Made by a program: the position numbers and the translations under genes. The notes under the pieces were generated by a model, which was not told where the DNA came from, did not search any database, and saw only the letters and a program-made list of their open reading frames with translations. DNA of 36,733 nt from Candidatus Heimdallarchaeota archaeon (GTDB lineage: Archaea > Asgardarchaeota > Heimdallarchaeia > Heimdallarchaeales > Heimdallarchaeaceae), in the NCBI GenBank assembly GCA_019057375.1, contig DXJF01000099.1:1-36733 (forward strand), read 5' to 3'. Each line of letters starts with the position of its first letter. The stretch's first letter is position 1. Shown here in pieces: positions 28,601 through 36,561 of the stretch.

Positions 28601-29866
28601 TCTGATGACAAAAAACTAGGAATAAAGGATCCTAGAGTTAAGTTATTTTTTCCAAGTTTCTCTAAAATCCATACAGATTCATTTGAACAAATGTTCAAAC
28701 TTCTAGGGTATAACGTTGGAAAAACAACTGAAATTAAACTTGATTATCCTGTTAAAGGATTAAGACATTGCTCAGGGAAGGAATGCATTCCTTTACCTAT
28801 TGTTCTAGGTCAAATTATGCATTTATTAGAAAACAGAAAACCTGGTGAAGTAATAGGTCTGTACATGATTCGAGGAGGAAGTCCTTGTGCTGTACATAGC
28901 TATTTCCATTATCTAGAACAATTTATAGAAGATAATAAGTTGGAAAATTTCTTCATATACCGATTTGATCAACTAACTGGTTTCTTGGGAACAGGTAGAT
29001 TAACTATTGCAAAATACGGAACTAGAGCTGTTCTAATAGGGGATTTAATGGCAGAAATTGAGAGCGCTTTGCATGTAGTTGAAGAGGAAGGCAGCTTGGA
29101 CTTGTTTTACAAATATTACTCTGATTTCTTGAATAGCGTAAATAGATTAGAGGATTATGAGAAGAACATTGACAAACTAATTGATAATTTAGCTAGTATT
29201 CCAAGAAAAGGTTCACCAATGGATTATCCTAAAGTTATTGTGAGTGGAGATTTCTTTGTACGTTTTAGCCCATTCTTTTTGAAGGAAATGAAAGAAATTT
29301 ATGCTGAACATGATATTCTGGTAAAATCAGCAGATGTTTATGAGTTGATTCTATATAGTAACTTTAACCTAAAACACATAATAGCTCAACTTTGGAAAAT
29401 ACAACCTTATTCGAAATCACTTGCTTTAAAAGCTTATACAAGACCATGGTTAGAGTATTCCAAATTCTATTTTATTAGTAAAATAGCTCCTATGGTTATG
29501 CAAAGAGTAGAAAAGAAGATGCGAAAGAAATTCGAGAAAACAAATCTCTTATTTGCTACACAAAATGATTTGAAAGAAATATTTACCAAATCAAATGGGT
29601 TAATAAGTCCTTTAATCTTCGGAGAAGCAATCCCAACTATTGGAAAAGGCATGGAAACATTAGAAGACTCCCACTTTGATTCGTTAGTATTAACTGGACC
29701 AATGCAATGCTTACCACATAAAATAGCTCAAGCAGTCTTGAAACCAATATATTTAGAACATGGTATGCCTTTCTTAGTTTTCGATGTGGATATCTCAGCA
29801 ATTTCACCAAACATGAAAAGGTTGATTCACGCAAACATAGAGCAGATAAAAAGGAGAATTAAGTGA
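25685..29866 (+). CDS. Multidomain acyl-CoA dehydratase activase-related protein (two ASKHA/BadF-type ATPase domains, Cys-rich linker, DUF2229-like and dehydratase-like regions)
   Basis: GVNIGS...KCAAGSG..SRCSVHC (domain 1); GVDVGSTTTK..EIGGQDSK..NASCSAGTGSF..CAAF (domain 2); CKACKNYC...GGRC; GIPRAL; CFP; ELDAHTADAGTQTRLEA; C-terminal GPMQCLP. Start placed at GTG 25685 (ORF track 25616). Confidence 0.85.
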   Translation: MFSISKYVGVNIGSVSVNVVSVDENMNVQTYKQPHLGKPKEVLDQIIEKNINGNNCYYNVSGSFGEISEIVAVERAINSYDEKFDVVVSLGGEAFVLYVLSKEGHILNVLSHDKCAAGSGEFFVQQIDRLDVTLPDAIELAKKGKKIELASRCSVHCKSDVTHKLNRGEASLEDILTSVLASMANKVMGLIIQSRVDVKQLLLVGGVSLNDAFVQILRGQIADVDVVVKPESSVFVAYGTALLVKEKPEYTDINLKTSKSFTTFPSLKDFRSQVTIIDPVGNKTDFDKDSAYLLGVDVGSTTTKAVLIDPEDKSVLASYYGRTSGNPIQATRICIEEIISQVGNLKVNLVGVTGSGRQLAGAYLGTPAVHNEISAHSEGAVYYDSEVDTIFEIGGQDSKYMYLQNGVPVDYAMNASCSAGTGSFLEESSKGDMGVHVFDISNIAMTAKDPVRFKADCAAFINTDVRTAMQEGYGRENIVGGLVYSIAENYLNKVKGSRQVGRKIFFQGGVAKNNSVGYAFAQTTGKQIIIPPNPELIGAFGIALIAQSKYEKHEIDVMPEETNLESLIKEELKHLGSFTCKACKNYCQIESYEVGGRKFPFGGRCSRYEHQWRGSDKIDEKENLVDLRNELVFAYNSEKKSKKTRSKGIIGIPRALLTHTLYPMFSTFFDELGYEVVLSDIDEERELQTNAPFCFPIQILHGAVLDLIKKEVDMIFLPHMHGLPTEGKWMDATFCPVTQGSPYFIKQAFKEAKFLNPLLSFGHGYETSKSLVKMATKELNQPKSLAEKAFKKAVSKQKAVEEQFLDWGKEYLEKLKENDEIGILLLGRSYNAFPPETSQLIPKKLSSMGVTVIPFDFLEKQHVHDIPWYFSNYVKIAIDMAAKNDNLFLLYINSFSCTIDAFVQNYVRSEMRNKPYLFLELDAHTADAGTQTRLEAYLEIIKNFQASKKTEEEKPFKVTQVKIRDGKVVVLTSDDKKLGIKDPRVKLFFPSFSKIHTDSFEQMFKLLGYNVGKTTEIKLDYPVKGLRHCSGKECIPLPIVLGQIMHLLENRKPGEVIGLYMIRGGSPCAVHSYFHYLEQFIEDNKLENFFIYRFDQLTGFLGTGRLTIAKYGTRAVLIGDLMAEIESALHVVEEEGSLDLFYKYYSDFLNSVNRLEDYEKNIDKLIDNLASIPRKGSPMDYPKVIVSGDFFVRFSPFFLKEMKEIYAEHDILVKSADVYELILYSNFNLKHIIAQLWKIQPYSKSLALKAYTRPWLEYSKFYFISKIAPMVMQRVEKKMRKKFEKTNLLFATQNDLKEIFTKSNGLISPLIFGEAIPTIGKGMETLEDSHFDSLVLTGPMQCLPHKIAQAVLKPIYLEHGMPFLVFDVDISAISPNMKRLIHANIEQIKRRIK

Positions 29867-29923
29867 GTTAAACTAGAATTAGCTAACTTTATTAGTGTTG
29901 AAGAAAAACCATATTTGATTGCT

Positions 29924-30192
29924 TTGAAAAAGATATTAGTTTTTCTTTTACTTTGCATTTTAATTGTCAGTAGCAATTATTTTAGGAGCTACTAATACTC
30001 CACATAGTAGTAATGTCACCTGTATTAACATATGCTAGAGATACTCGGATTTTTACTTACGATGAAAGCTATGATTGCTTCCCAACATCACCAACTACAA
30101 AAACTGATTTCATCAATTTAATAACTCTATCTTCCTCATTATTTCTGTTTGGATCTATAATTCTAATTGTTAGAAAAAGAAAAATATTATAA
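29924..30192 (+). pseudogene. Relic of a secreted, C-terminally anchored protein (signal peptide and anchor only), or a 59-aa microprotein at 30013..30192
   Basis: TTG-KKILVFLLLCILIVSS stops at 29993-29995. Another frame gives MSPVLTY...PTSPTTKTDFINLITLSSSLFLFGSIILIVRKRKIL* ending at 30192. Confidence 0.55.
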
Positions 30193-30333
30193 TACTAACA
30201 CTTTTTCTCTTTTTCCTTTTATTCAGGTTTTTGAGAGAAAAACTCGCGTTTTCACGAGTTTATACAATGAAAAGAATCATGAGTTTTGAACATCTTTATA
30301 GGTGTTTATAGCTCAGTCAAAGTGTGTGAAATT

Positions 30334-31332
30334 ATGTATATATTAGAATTGAAAGGAACTCATTATGAAATAGGGAGACAGATAGGGGAAGCCCTTGAAA
30401 AAGTTAAGAGTTATCCTCCAAAATACTCTAAAGAAGTCTTGGAGAAATCTTATGCTTATGAAGAAGTAGCAAAGAAATATACACCAGATCTACTAGAAGA
30501 ATTTAGAGGGTTAGCTGATCAACTGGATATAGATTATTATGTTCCAATAACTCTTGAGTTAACTCCATATAGATTTCAAATGACTTCATGCTTGGTTTTT
30601 GCAGTTTCAGGTGAGCATACAAAAAGTGGTTTACCTGTCATTGCACGAAGTCATGAATGGAAAGAGGAAGAAAGCGAAAATTTAACAGTATGTCATACAG
30701 CACCTAAAGGCAAGCTAAAAAGTCTAGGATTTACTTTCCATTGGCCTCTTGTTTCCAGATATGGAGGGGTGAATGAAGCAAGTTTAGCACTTTCATCAGC
30801 ATCAGCAACTTTTGAGAATTCAGGACCTGGTATTATGTTAAACATTGCAACAAGATGGATACTAGATAACTGCAGAACTACTAAAGAAGCTGTTGAGTTT
30901 TTAGAAAAGATGCCTAAAGTATGGGGAGAATCGTACATGATTATCGATAAGGAGAATACTATAGCTAAAGTGCAGACTAATGGAAAGAAGACTATAACTA
31001 AATATTCTGACATAGGATTTGAAAGTGTTACAATGCAATATGATTCACCTGAATTACTATCATATGTAAACGATAGCTGGGAAGGTCAAGACAAGATCCA
31101 TTCAACAAGACAAGAATTTTTGATTAATTGGTTTGATAAGAATAAAAGTAAAATAGATGAAGAAATGATCAAAGATACTCTCAAGAATCACGAACATCAG
31201 ATGTGTTCTCATGAGGTAGATGGATTAGAGATATGTTGGTCATACATCCTAACTTTAGGGAAGAAAGAATCTTTGTTGTGTGCAGGGAGACCTTGTAAGA
31301 ATGAGTTTAAGAATATAAAAACTCACTTCTAA
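30334..31332 (+). CDS. C45 family peptidase / acyl-CoA:6-APA acyltransferase-like Ntn hydrolase
   Basis: LKGTHYEIGRQIG, EEFRGLAD, internal SC-LVFAV...ARSHEW nucleophile, GGVNEASLA. ATG at 30334. Confidence 0.82.
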   Translation: MYILELKGTHYEIGRQIGEALEKVKSYPPKYSKEVLEKSYAYEEVAKKYTPDLLEEFRGLADQLDIDYYVPITLELTPYRFQMTSCLVFAVSGEHTKSGLPVIARSHEWKEEESENLTVCHTAPKGKLKSLGFTFHWPLVSRYGGVNEASLALSSASATFENSGPGIMLNIATRWILDNCRTTKEAVEFLEKMPKVWGESYMIIDKENTIAKVQTNGKKTITKYSDIGFESVTMQYDSPELLSYVNDSWEGQDKIHSTRQEFLINWFDKNKSKIDEEMIKDTLKNHEHQMCSHEVDGLEICWSYILTLGKKESLLCAGRPCKNEFKNIKTHF

Positions 31333-31340
31333 TCTTTTTT

Positions 31341-31793
31341 CTAATAATCTCTTATTTCCTGTATTCGAACTCCTTCCCTAGCTTTCCTCTCTTCCTCTTC
31401 AAGGAATCTCTCAAAACCTTCTTTCTTTATGAATTTAATGTGTTCAAATAGATAGGAGTATCTTTTCCTCTGATAATCTGTGAGTGGGCAACTTTCAAAC
31501 TCCTCACAAACTAGACAATTATCTACTTCATTCTGCTGAATTTTTTCACATTTCTTAACATCACACCAACCCTCTGTTGCATTTCGACATCCTGGGCAAG
31601 TTGATTTGGTAAACCATTCAAGTCCCTCTAGAAAATTATCATAATCAAAGGTACTATCCGCTTCTTTTAGCCAAGAATAATCCTGAATAACCCATTTTTT
31701 AAATTTTGTAGCAATATCTAACACATCAGCTGTAAATGCTCTACATTGACCACAATATACTCCACAGCGACCTAGTTTTTGATTAAGAGACAT
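31341..31793 (-). CDS. DUF3795 domain Cys-rich protein
   Basis: GRCGVYCGQC...CPGCR....CDVKKC......NCLVCEEFESCP pattern. ATG at 31793. Confidence 0.8.
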   Translation of the reverse strand: MSLNQKLGRCGVYCGQCRAFTADVLDIATKFKKWVIQDYSWLKEADSTFDYDNFLEGLEWFTKSTCPGCRNATEGWCDVKKCEKIQQNEVDNCLVCEEFESCPLTDYQRKRYSYLFEHIKFIKKEGFERFLEEEERKAREGVRIQEIRDY

Positions 31794-31961
31794 AATTAAT
31801 CGAATAGAATTTCTTATATAAACTAGCTCCCATAAATCCATTTTAGTTAATGATTTCTAATATGTGAACAAGGAAACAACTGTATCTTCAAATCTAAACA
31901 TATCACTGTGACAATTTTGTTGTCTGATGACCTGATTCATTAAGCATCAAAGGTGAAAACT

Positions 31962-32082
31962 ATGAGTGATACAATAAAGAACTTGAAACTAGAAGGATAT
32001 CAAAATGTTTAAAGCATTAAACAAGAAAAAAAGAAGGATAATCGCGCGCCCGAAATCGATTGTTTCTCTTAATAATTCGTGA
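31962..32082 (+). pseudogene. Frameshifted, truncated ArsR/SmtB-like HTH gene fragment
   Basis: AGGTGA SD then ATG 31962 (stop at 32010-32012). The +1 frame reads MFKALNKKKRRII (resembles the ArsR FKAL..x.R..I helix) and stops at 32080-32082. Confidence 0.45.
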
Positions 32083-32179
32083 GATATCACCTCAATCGAT
32101 ACATTATGACTCCAAAAAGACATCTGAAAATATTACGCGAACTCTAAAGATTTAAAAATCTAGCAAGTAAAGCTAGTTA

Positions 32180-33115
32180 TTGGGATACAGTGAAATTATG
32201 AAGAAATCAAAACTTAGAAAAAAAGGGTGGTTGTTGGGATACAGTGATTTTACAGAATATTCAAAAAATAGAAGAGACGAAGACAGTTTGGATCTTGAAA
32301 TTTATGTAAAAGGACTTGGTTTAAAATCTCTTCATCAAGGTCTTTGGCAAAAGGGGCAACCTGTGACTCTTGATGAGCTGCCAAAAGCCCAAAAGAACTA
32401 CACCATAAAGTTAATTGACATGTTTCCAGAAGAAGTTGAAACTGTTCTAGATGTCGGGGCAGGTGTTGGAGATAATGCTATTTATATGGCAGATAAAGGT
32501 ATGAAAGTTACATGTATATCCCCTTCTCCGAGCCAAGAGAATTACTTTGCAGAGAATATTCTACCAGAATACGAAAATGTATCTTTTATCCGATGTAAAT
32601 ATGAGGATCTTGAGATCAACGAGAAATTTGATGTAGTATTACTGAGTGAATCAAGCAACTACTTCCCCATAGAGAATGGTCTTGGCCAAACAATTAGGTA
32701 TTTGAAAAGAGGTGGTTACTTAGTCATGGGATCTCATTTTCGAAAGGATAGTCGAAGAGATTTCAAGGAAATGCATGTTCATGAATCTTACTTAGATAGT
32801 GCAAAAAAAAGAGGTTTGATTCTAGTGGAAGACATTGATGTAACCAGTCAAGTGATTCAAACAATGGAATTGTATCATAATATTTACAAATATATCCCAC
32901 CAATTACAGAGGTACTAATTGATTTTTACAAAAAATCTTTTAGGAAAAAGTATTGGATTATTTCCAAAATAGTTTCAGCTTTTTTCAACCAGGAGTTTGA
33001 GATGGCAAAAGAAATGTTGTTTGAAGTTGGACCACGTAGAACTGATCCAAAGCTGTTCCATGAATACCTTACATACAGATTTATAGCTTTTAAGAAAGGA
33101 ATGGATTCCCAGTAG
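32180..33115 (+). CDS. Class I SAM-dependent methyltransferase
   Basis: LHQGLW, VLDVGAGVG (motif I), FDVVLLSES, LKRGGYLV. Start uncertain (TTG 32180, ATG 32198 or TTG 32234). Confidence 0.85.
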   Translation: MGYSEIMKKSKLRKKGWLLGYSDFTEYSKNRRDEDSLDLEIYVKGLGLKSLHQGLWQKGQPVTLDELPKAQKNYTIKLIDMFPEEVETVLDVGAGVGDNAIYMADKGMKVTCISPSPSQENYFAENILPEYENVSFIRCKYEDLEINEKFDVVLLSESSNYFPIENGLGQTIRYLKRGGYLVMGSHFRKDSRRDFKEMHVHESYLDSAKKRGLILVEDIDVTSQVIQTMELYHNIYKYIPPITEVLIDFYKKSFRKKYWIISKIVSAFFNQEFEMAKEMLFEVGPRRTDPKLFHEYLTYRFIAFKKGMDSQ

Positions 33116-33287
33116 AAAAAGAAATAGGTGATTTGAGAGAGATTTTAACGAATTAATTTTCCCATTTCTTCCAATTTTGGATCGTCATATCCTGCTGGTT
33201 CATTGGACCTTTATCTTTTACTAACTAATCCGCTTTAAGCATTCAATTCTCCTAAACCTTTTTATTTTTTGGATTAGACTAATAACT

Positions 33288-34826
33288 ATGAAGAAATCTC
33301 TCTCTTTTCTTCCTGTTTTTATGTTGTTAGTGTTTCCTTTTATCCTTCCTGCAATTTCTCAAGCTGATGCTAGTCCCACTCTTGTTGACTATATCTTCTG
33401 TAACGGAAATATAATCACCATTGATGAAAGCAACCCTGTAATTCAAGCAATAGCAATTAAAGATGGTAATATTGTGGGTTTAGGAAGTACTGAAACAATT
33501 CTACAGAATTTCGCTACAGAAAATGACACTACCTATGATTTAGATGGTCGAACTATCATGCCTGGTATAGTTGATGGTCATTCTCACTACATGGCTTCCT
33601 TATTCTGGATTGGTGAAACTGAAACAATCTATGATTCACAAAACATTGCTTTAGCTTCTGGCTATACTACATTGAATGAGAAAAGTGTAGATCATGGTGA
33701 ATTAGCATGGTTTCAATCTGCTGAACAAAATGGTACCCTCCGTCTCAGAGTCAATGCTTTCCTTATCTATAACTTCGCTTGGTTAGAAAATAATGAAACA
33801 GTACTTGTTGGAGGTTGGGAAGGGAAGGTTGACCAACCAGTTCTAGATCCTAGCAGAAAACTTCGAATACCTGGTTTCAAAATCTATTTAGATGGTGCAT
33901 CTGGAAACAGAGGTTTTCCAGCAATGAGTGATCCATATACTCAGGAGATGATTGATTTATGGGGAATTATTAATCCCTATGGAGATCTTTACTTTAATCA
34001 ATCTGAATTGAATTCAGTTGTAGATTCTTATCATGATAAAGGATTTAGTATAGCTGTTCATGCTATGGGTGATAGAGCTACTGAGACTATCCTAAATGCA
34101 ATAGAATATGCTTTGAATGGGACAGATAACGATAATGCTAGACATCAGATTGAGCATAATAGTTTCATCAGAGAAGATCAAATCACTAAAGCTTTAACAC
34201 TTAACACCATTCATTCAGTTAGAGGTTACTTCCCAACTTATTGGCAGCAAGATTACGCGGATCTTTACGGTCCTGTATGGATGGAAAGGACAGTAAATAG
34301 ATATTCTCTACCGGGTGAAGGCCTTCATTCTTATCTAGAAACTGATTTTGGTTTTCTTTATGGTTATGATGAGGATGACTGGAGTAGATCAACAAATATT
34401 AGACCTTTCCTGCACATGTGGGGATTAGTTACAAGAAAAGCAGTTGATGAAAATGGAACAATACACTCTCTTGATCCTTGGTTAGCAGAACATCAAATTA
34501 CTGTTGAGCAAGCTCTACGAATGATGACTATTGAAGGAGCTTATGCAGTTAAACAAGAGGATTATATTGGTTCTTTAGAAGTAGGAAAGTATGCTGATTT
34601 GATAGTGATTGATGATGATCCTCTAACAATGAATCCTGATAATCTTAAGGATATTAACGTTCTATTAACAATGATTGATGGTAAGATAGAATTCTTATGG
34701 TCCAGTCATACCTTTCCTACACCTTATACTAATGGAACCTCCAGAACAAGCTCAGTTCTCTGGATATCTCTGTTTACCTTATTTACTTCAATGACTGTTA
34801 TACAAAGAAGAAGAAAGAAGAAGTAA
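33288..34826 (+). CDS. Secreted, membrane-anchored amidohydrolase (Amidohydro_3 / YtcJ-like)
   Basis: NGNIIT.D, DL.GRTIMPGIVDGHSH, KIYLDG, HAMGD, QIEH, GSLEVGKYADLIV; signal peptide and C-terminal TM plus RRRKKK. Confidence 0.87.
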   Translation: MKKSLSFLPVFMLLVFPFILPAISQADASPTLVDYIFCNGNIITIDESNPVIQAIAIKDGNIVGLGSTETILQNFATENDTTYDLDGRTIMPGIVDGHSHYMASLFWIGETETIYDSQNIALASGYTTLNEKSVDHGELAWFQSAEQNGTLRLRVNAFLIYNFAWLENNETVLVGGWEGKVDQPVLDPSRKLRIPGFKIYLDGASGNRGFPAMSDPYTQEMIDLWGIINPYGDLYFNQSELNSVVDSYHDKGFSIAVHAMGDRATETILNAIEYALNGTDNDNARHQIEHNSFIREDQITKALTLNTIHSVRGYFPTYWQQDYADLYGPVWMERTVNRYSLPGEGLHSYLETDFGFLYGYDEDDWSRSTNIRPFLHMWGLVTRKAVDENGTIHSLDPWLAEHQITVEQALRMMTIEGAYAVKQEDYIGSLEVGKYADLIVIDDDPLTMNPDNLKDINVLLTMIDGKIEFLWSSHTFPTPYTNGTSRTSSVLWISLFTLFTSMTVIQRRRKKK

Positions 34827-34830
34827 TAGA

Positions 34831-35736
34831 TTAAGTGGTTATCTTCTTTTTTACTTTTTTTTCACTTAGAGTAAACACTTTTCTTGCTGTGTTAATTTCA
34901 GTTCTAGTCAAAGAGCTTTCATAGTAAACTCGTATCCATGGTTCTCCAAATAAGTACGCAACACTGCTTGGTATTGGTTCTGAGAGATTATACAAAGTAG
35001 GATGATTCAAATTAAATTCTGTTACATTGTTATCTAAAGATGGAAAACTAATATCCTCAATTCCAGCAATTTTTCCTTCGAGAGAGATTATCTCAATGAG
35101 TAATGTTTGATAATAAACCTCATTAAATGTCCAATTTCCATTATCAGGAATCCACAACGAAGCTACTATCGTTTCATTTCTTAGGAGAGTTACATTTTCA
35201 CTAATGATATGCAATGGTTCATAAGAAGACAAACCCAAGTAATCACTATTTCCACAGAATGGGTAAGGATAAGCTTCCTCTATTGTTTCTCCTTCTTTCA
35301 AAATAGGTGTAAAGATAAACTCTTCTACATACCACCATTTTTCTTGATCAGAATCAATAACTGTGTTAATCTCTTTTAGAAATCTCCTTTCTTGAAACTG
35401 AACATTTTCAAGATACATATTAAACCGACCTGGTAATGGATTATAGGAATAATTGTAAATCGTAATTCTTTCTAAGTCTTGAATTTGATGTGAGAGTGTA
35501 CTCAGATTATCTTCTATTAGAGTAATAAGTTCTTTATTTTCCTCAAACTCTAGGGTTGTGAGATTTTCAATTAAGATTTGCGCTTGAATGTCCCCTTTAG
35601 TCTCTCCATTAAGATTGAAAGAAACAAGAGAAGCGATGATTTTAGGTTTTCTAGGGGGACTAAGTAATATTGTAGGAACAAGAATGCAGCTCATTAGAAT
35701 AACAATCTCAGTTATCACTAACCATTTGTTTTTCAA
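34831..35736 (-). CDS. Hypothetical N-terminally anchored protein
   Basis: Long ORF (track 34831..35850). Likely TTG start at 35736 gives K-N-K-W then a hydrophobic helix; several N-x-S/T sequons. Confidence 0.6.
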   Translation of the reverse strand: MKNKWLVITEIVILMSCILVPTILLSPPRKPKIIASLVSFNLNGETKGDIQAQILIENLTTLEFEENKELITLIEDNLSTLSHQIQDLERITIYNYSYNPLPGRFNMYLENVQFQERRFLKEINTVIDSDQEKWWYVEEFIFTPILKEGETIEEAYPYPFCGNSDYLGLSSYEPLHIISENVTLLRNETIVASLWIPDNGNWTFNEVYYQTLLIEIISLEGKIAGIEDISFPSLDNNVTEFNLNHPTLYNLSEPIPSSVAYLFGEPWIRVYYESSLTRTEINTARKVFTLSEKKVKKKITT

Positions 35737-35986
35737 ACTTTTTACAAAACTTATTATTCCACTCAAGTTTTCACAACAAATCAATTTTAATGAAAGAATT
35801 TTTTTAAATGTTTTCCAAAACTCTTCTTTTTCTCCACTCGAAGTAAACACTACTCCACTGGAAGCAAAGGTAAGCTCTTACAATATTGTCTCATATCTAA
35901 TAAGGTAGGTTATTAGACTCATAGTTTGCACTATAATGAAAAGTGATGCAAAAAAGTATTAATTAGTATTAGATATCTAGATTCTT

Positions 35987-36457
35987 ATGCAATGGTATTA
36001 TATTTTGATTATTGTGATAGGTACATTATTGTTTGCAATCATATCTCTGGTAGTTTGGTATATGTCTTACATTACACCTTACCCAACAGGGAAAGTTTCA
36101 GATAATATCTCTGTTATTAAAACTGGAATTGTAAATTGCTATGTATACAGTAAAGGTTCTAAACGGATTCTGATAGATACAGGAACATCAACTAAGAAAC
36201 TGATAAAGGGATTGACAACTGTTGGAATAGAACCAGAATCAATTAGTAATGTATTTCTGACACATAGTGATCCAGATCATATTGGTGGAATTTCCCTTTT
36301 TAGTCATGCAAAAATAAATTTTGGAGAAAAATCTAAAATCAAAAATCCTGAGAAATATCTATTTCTTGATGATGGAGAAATAATTGATGTTAATGGAATT
36401 AAAGTACATGCAATTAGCACACCTGGTCACCGTCGTCCACTGAGTGAAGAAAGTTGA
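35987..36457 (+). pseudogene. MBL-fold metallo-hydrolase interrupted immediately after TPGH
   Basis: N-terminal TM, LIDTG, THSDPDHIGG, ISTPGH; then unrelated RRPLSEES* from 36431. The C-terminal metal ligands are missing. Confidence 0.75.
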
Positions 36458-36471
36458 CTAATCTTGCCATA

Positions 36472-36528
36472 CGCGCTCTACCTAGTTAAGGGGAATGGTA
36501 GGAGCGAGAAAGCTTGAGCGTTTTTTTT
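36472..36528 (+). terminator. Hairpin plus T8 tract, terminator-like
   Basis: CGCT-CTACC (36474-36482) pairs with GGTAG-g-AGCG (36497-36506); T8 at 36521-36528. Confidence 0.45.
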
Positions 36529-36561
36529 CTCCCAGGTTTATATATGAAAGTAAACATAGAA

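Noticed and set aside
31924-31956. CTGATGA...CTGA resembling a C/D-box sRNA
   Set aside because: The boxes are too close together and there is no C'/D' pair or terminal stem.
33140-33260. Minus-strand fragments (…VKDKGP…, PAGYDDPKLEEMGKLIR)
   Set aside because: Too short and broken to assign as a pseudogene.
721-35908. Short antisense or alternate-frame ORFs in the track (e.g. 721..975, 3531..3827, 5473..5865, 8146..8361, 10562..10792, 11621..11900, 13769..14197, 30693..31013, 35588..35908)
   Set aside because: All lie within longer ORFs that have clear family motifs or much greater length. They show no motifs of their own and look like shadow ORFs.
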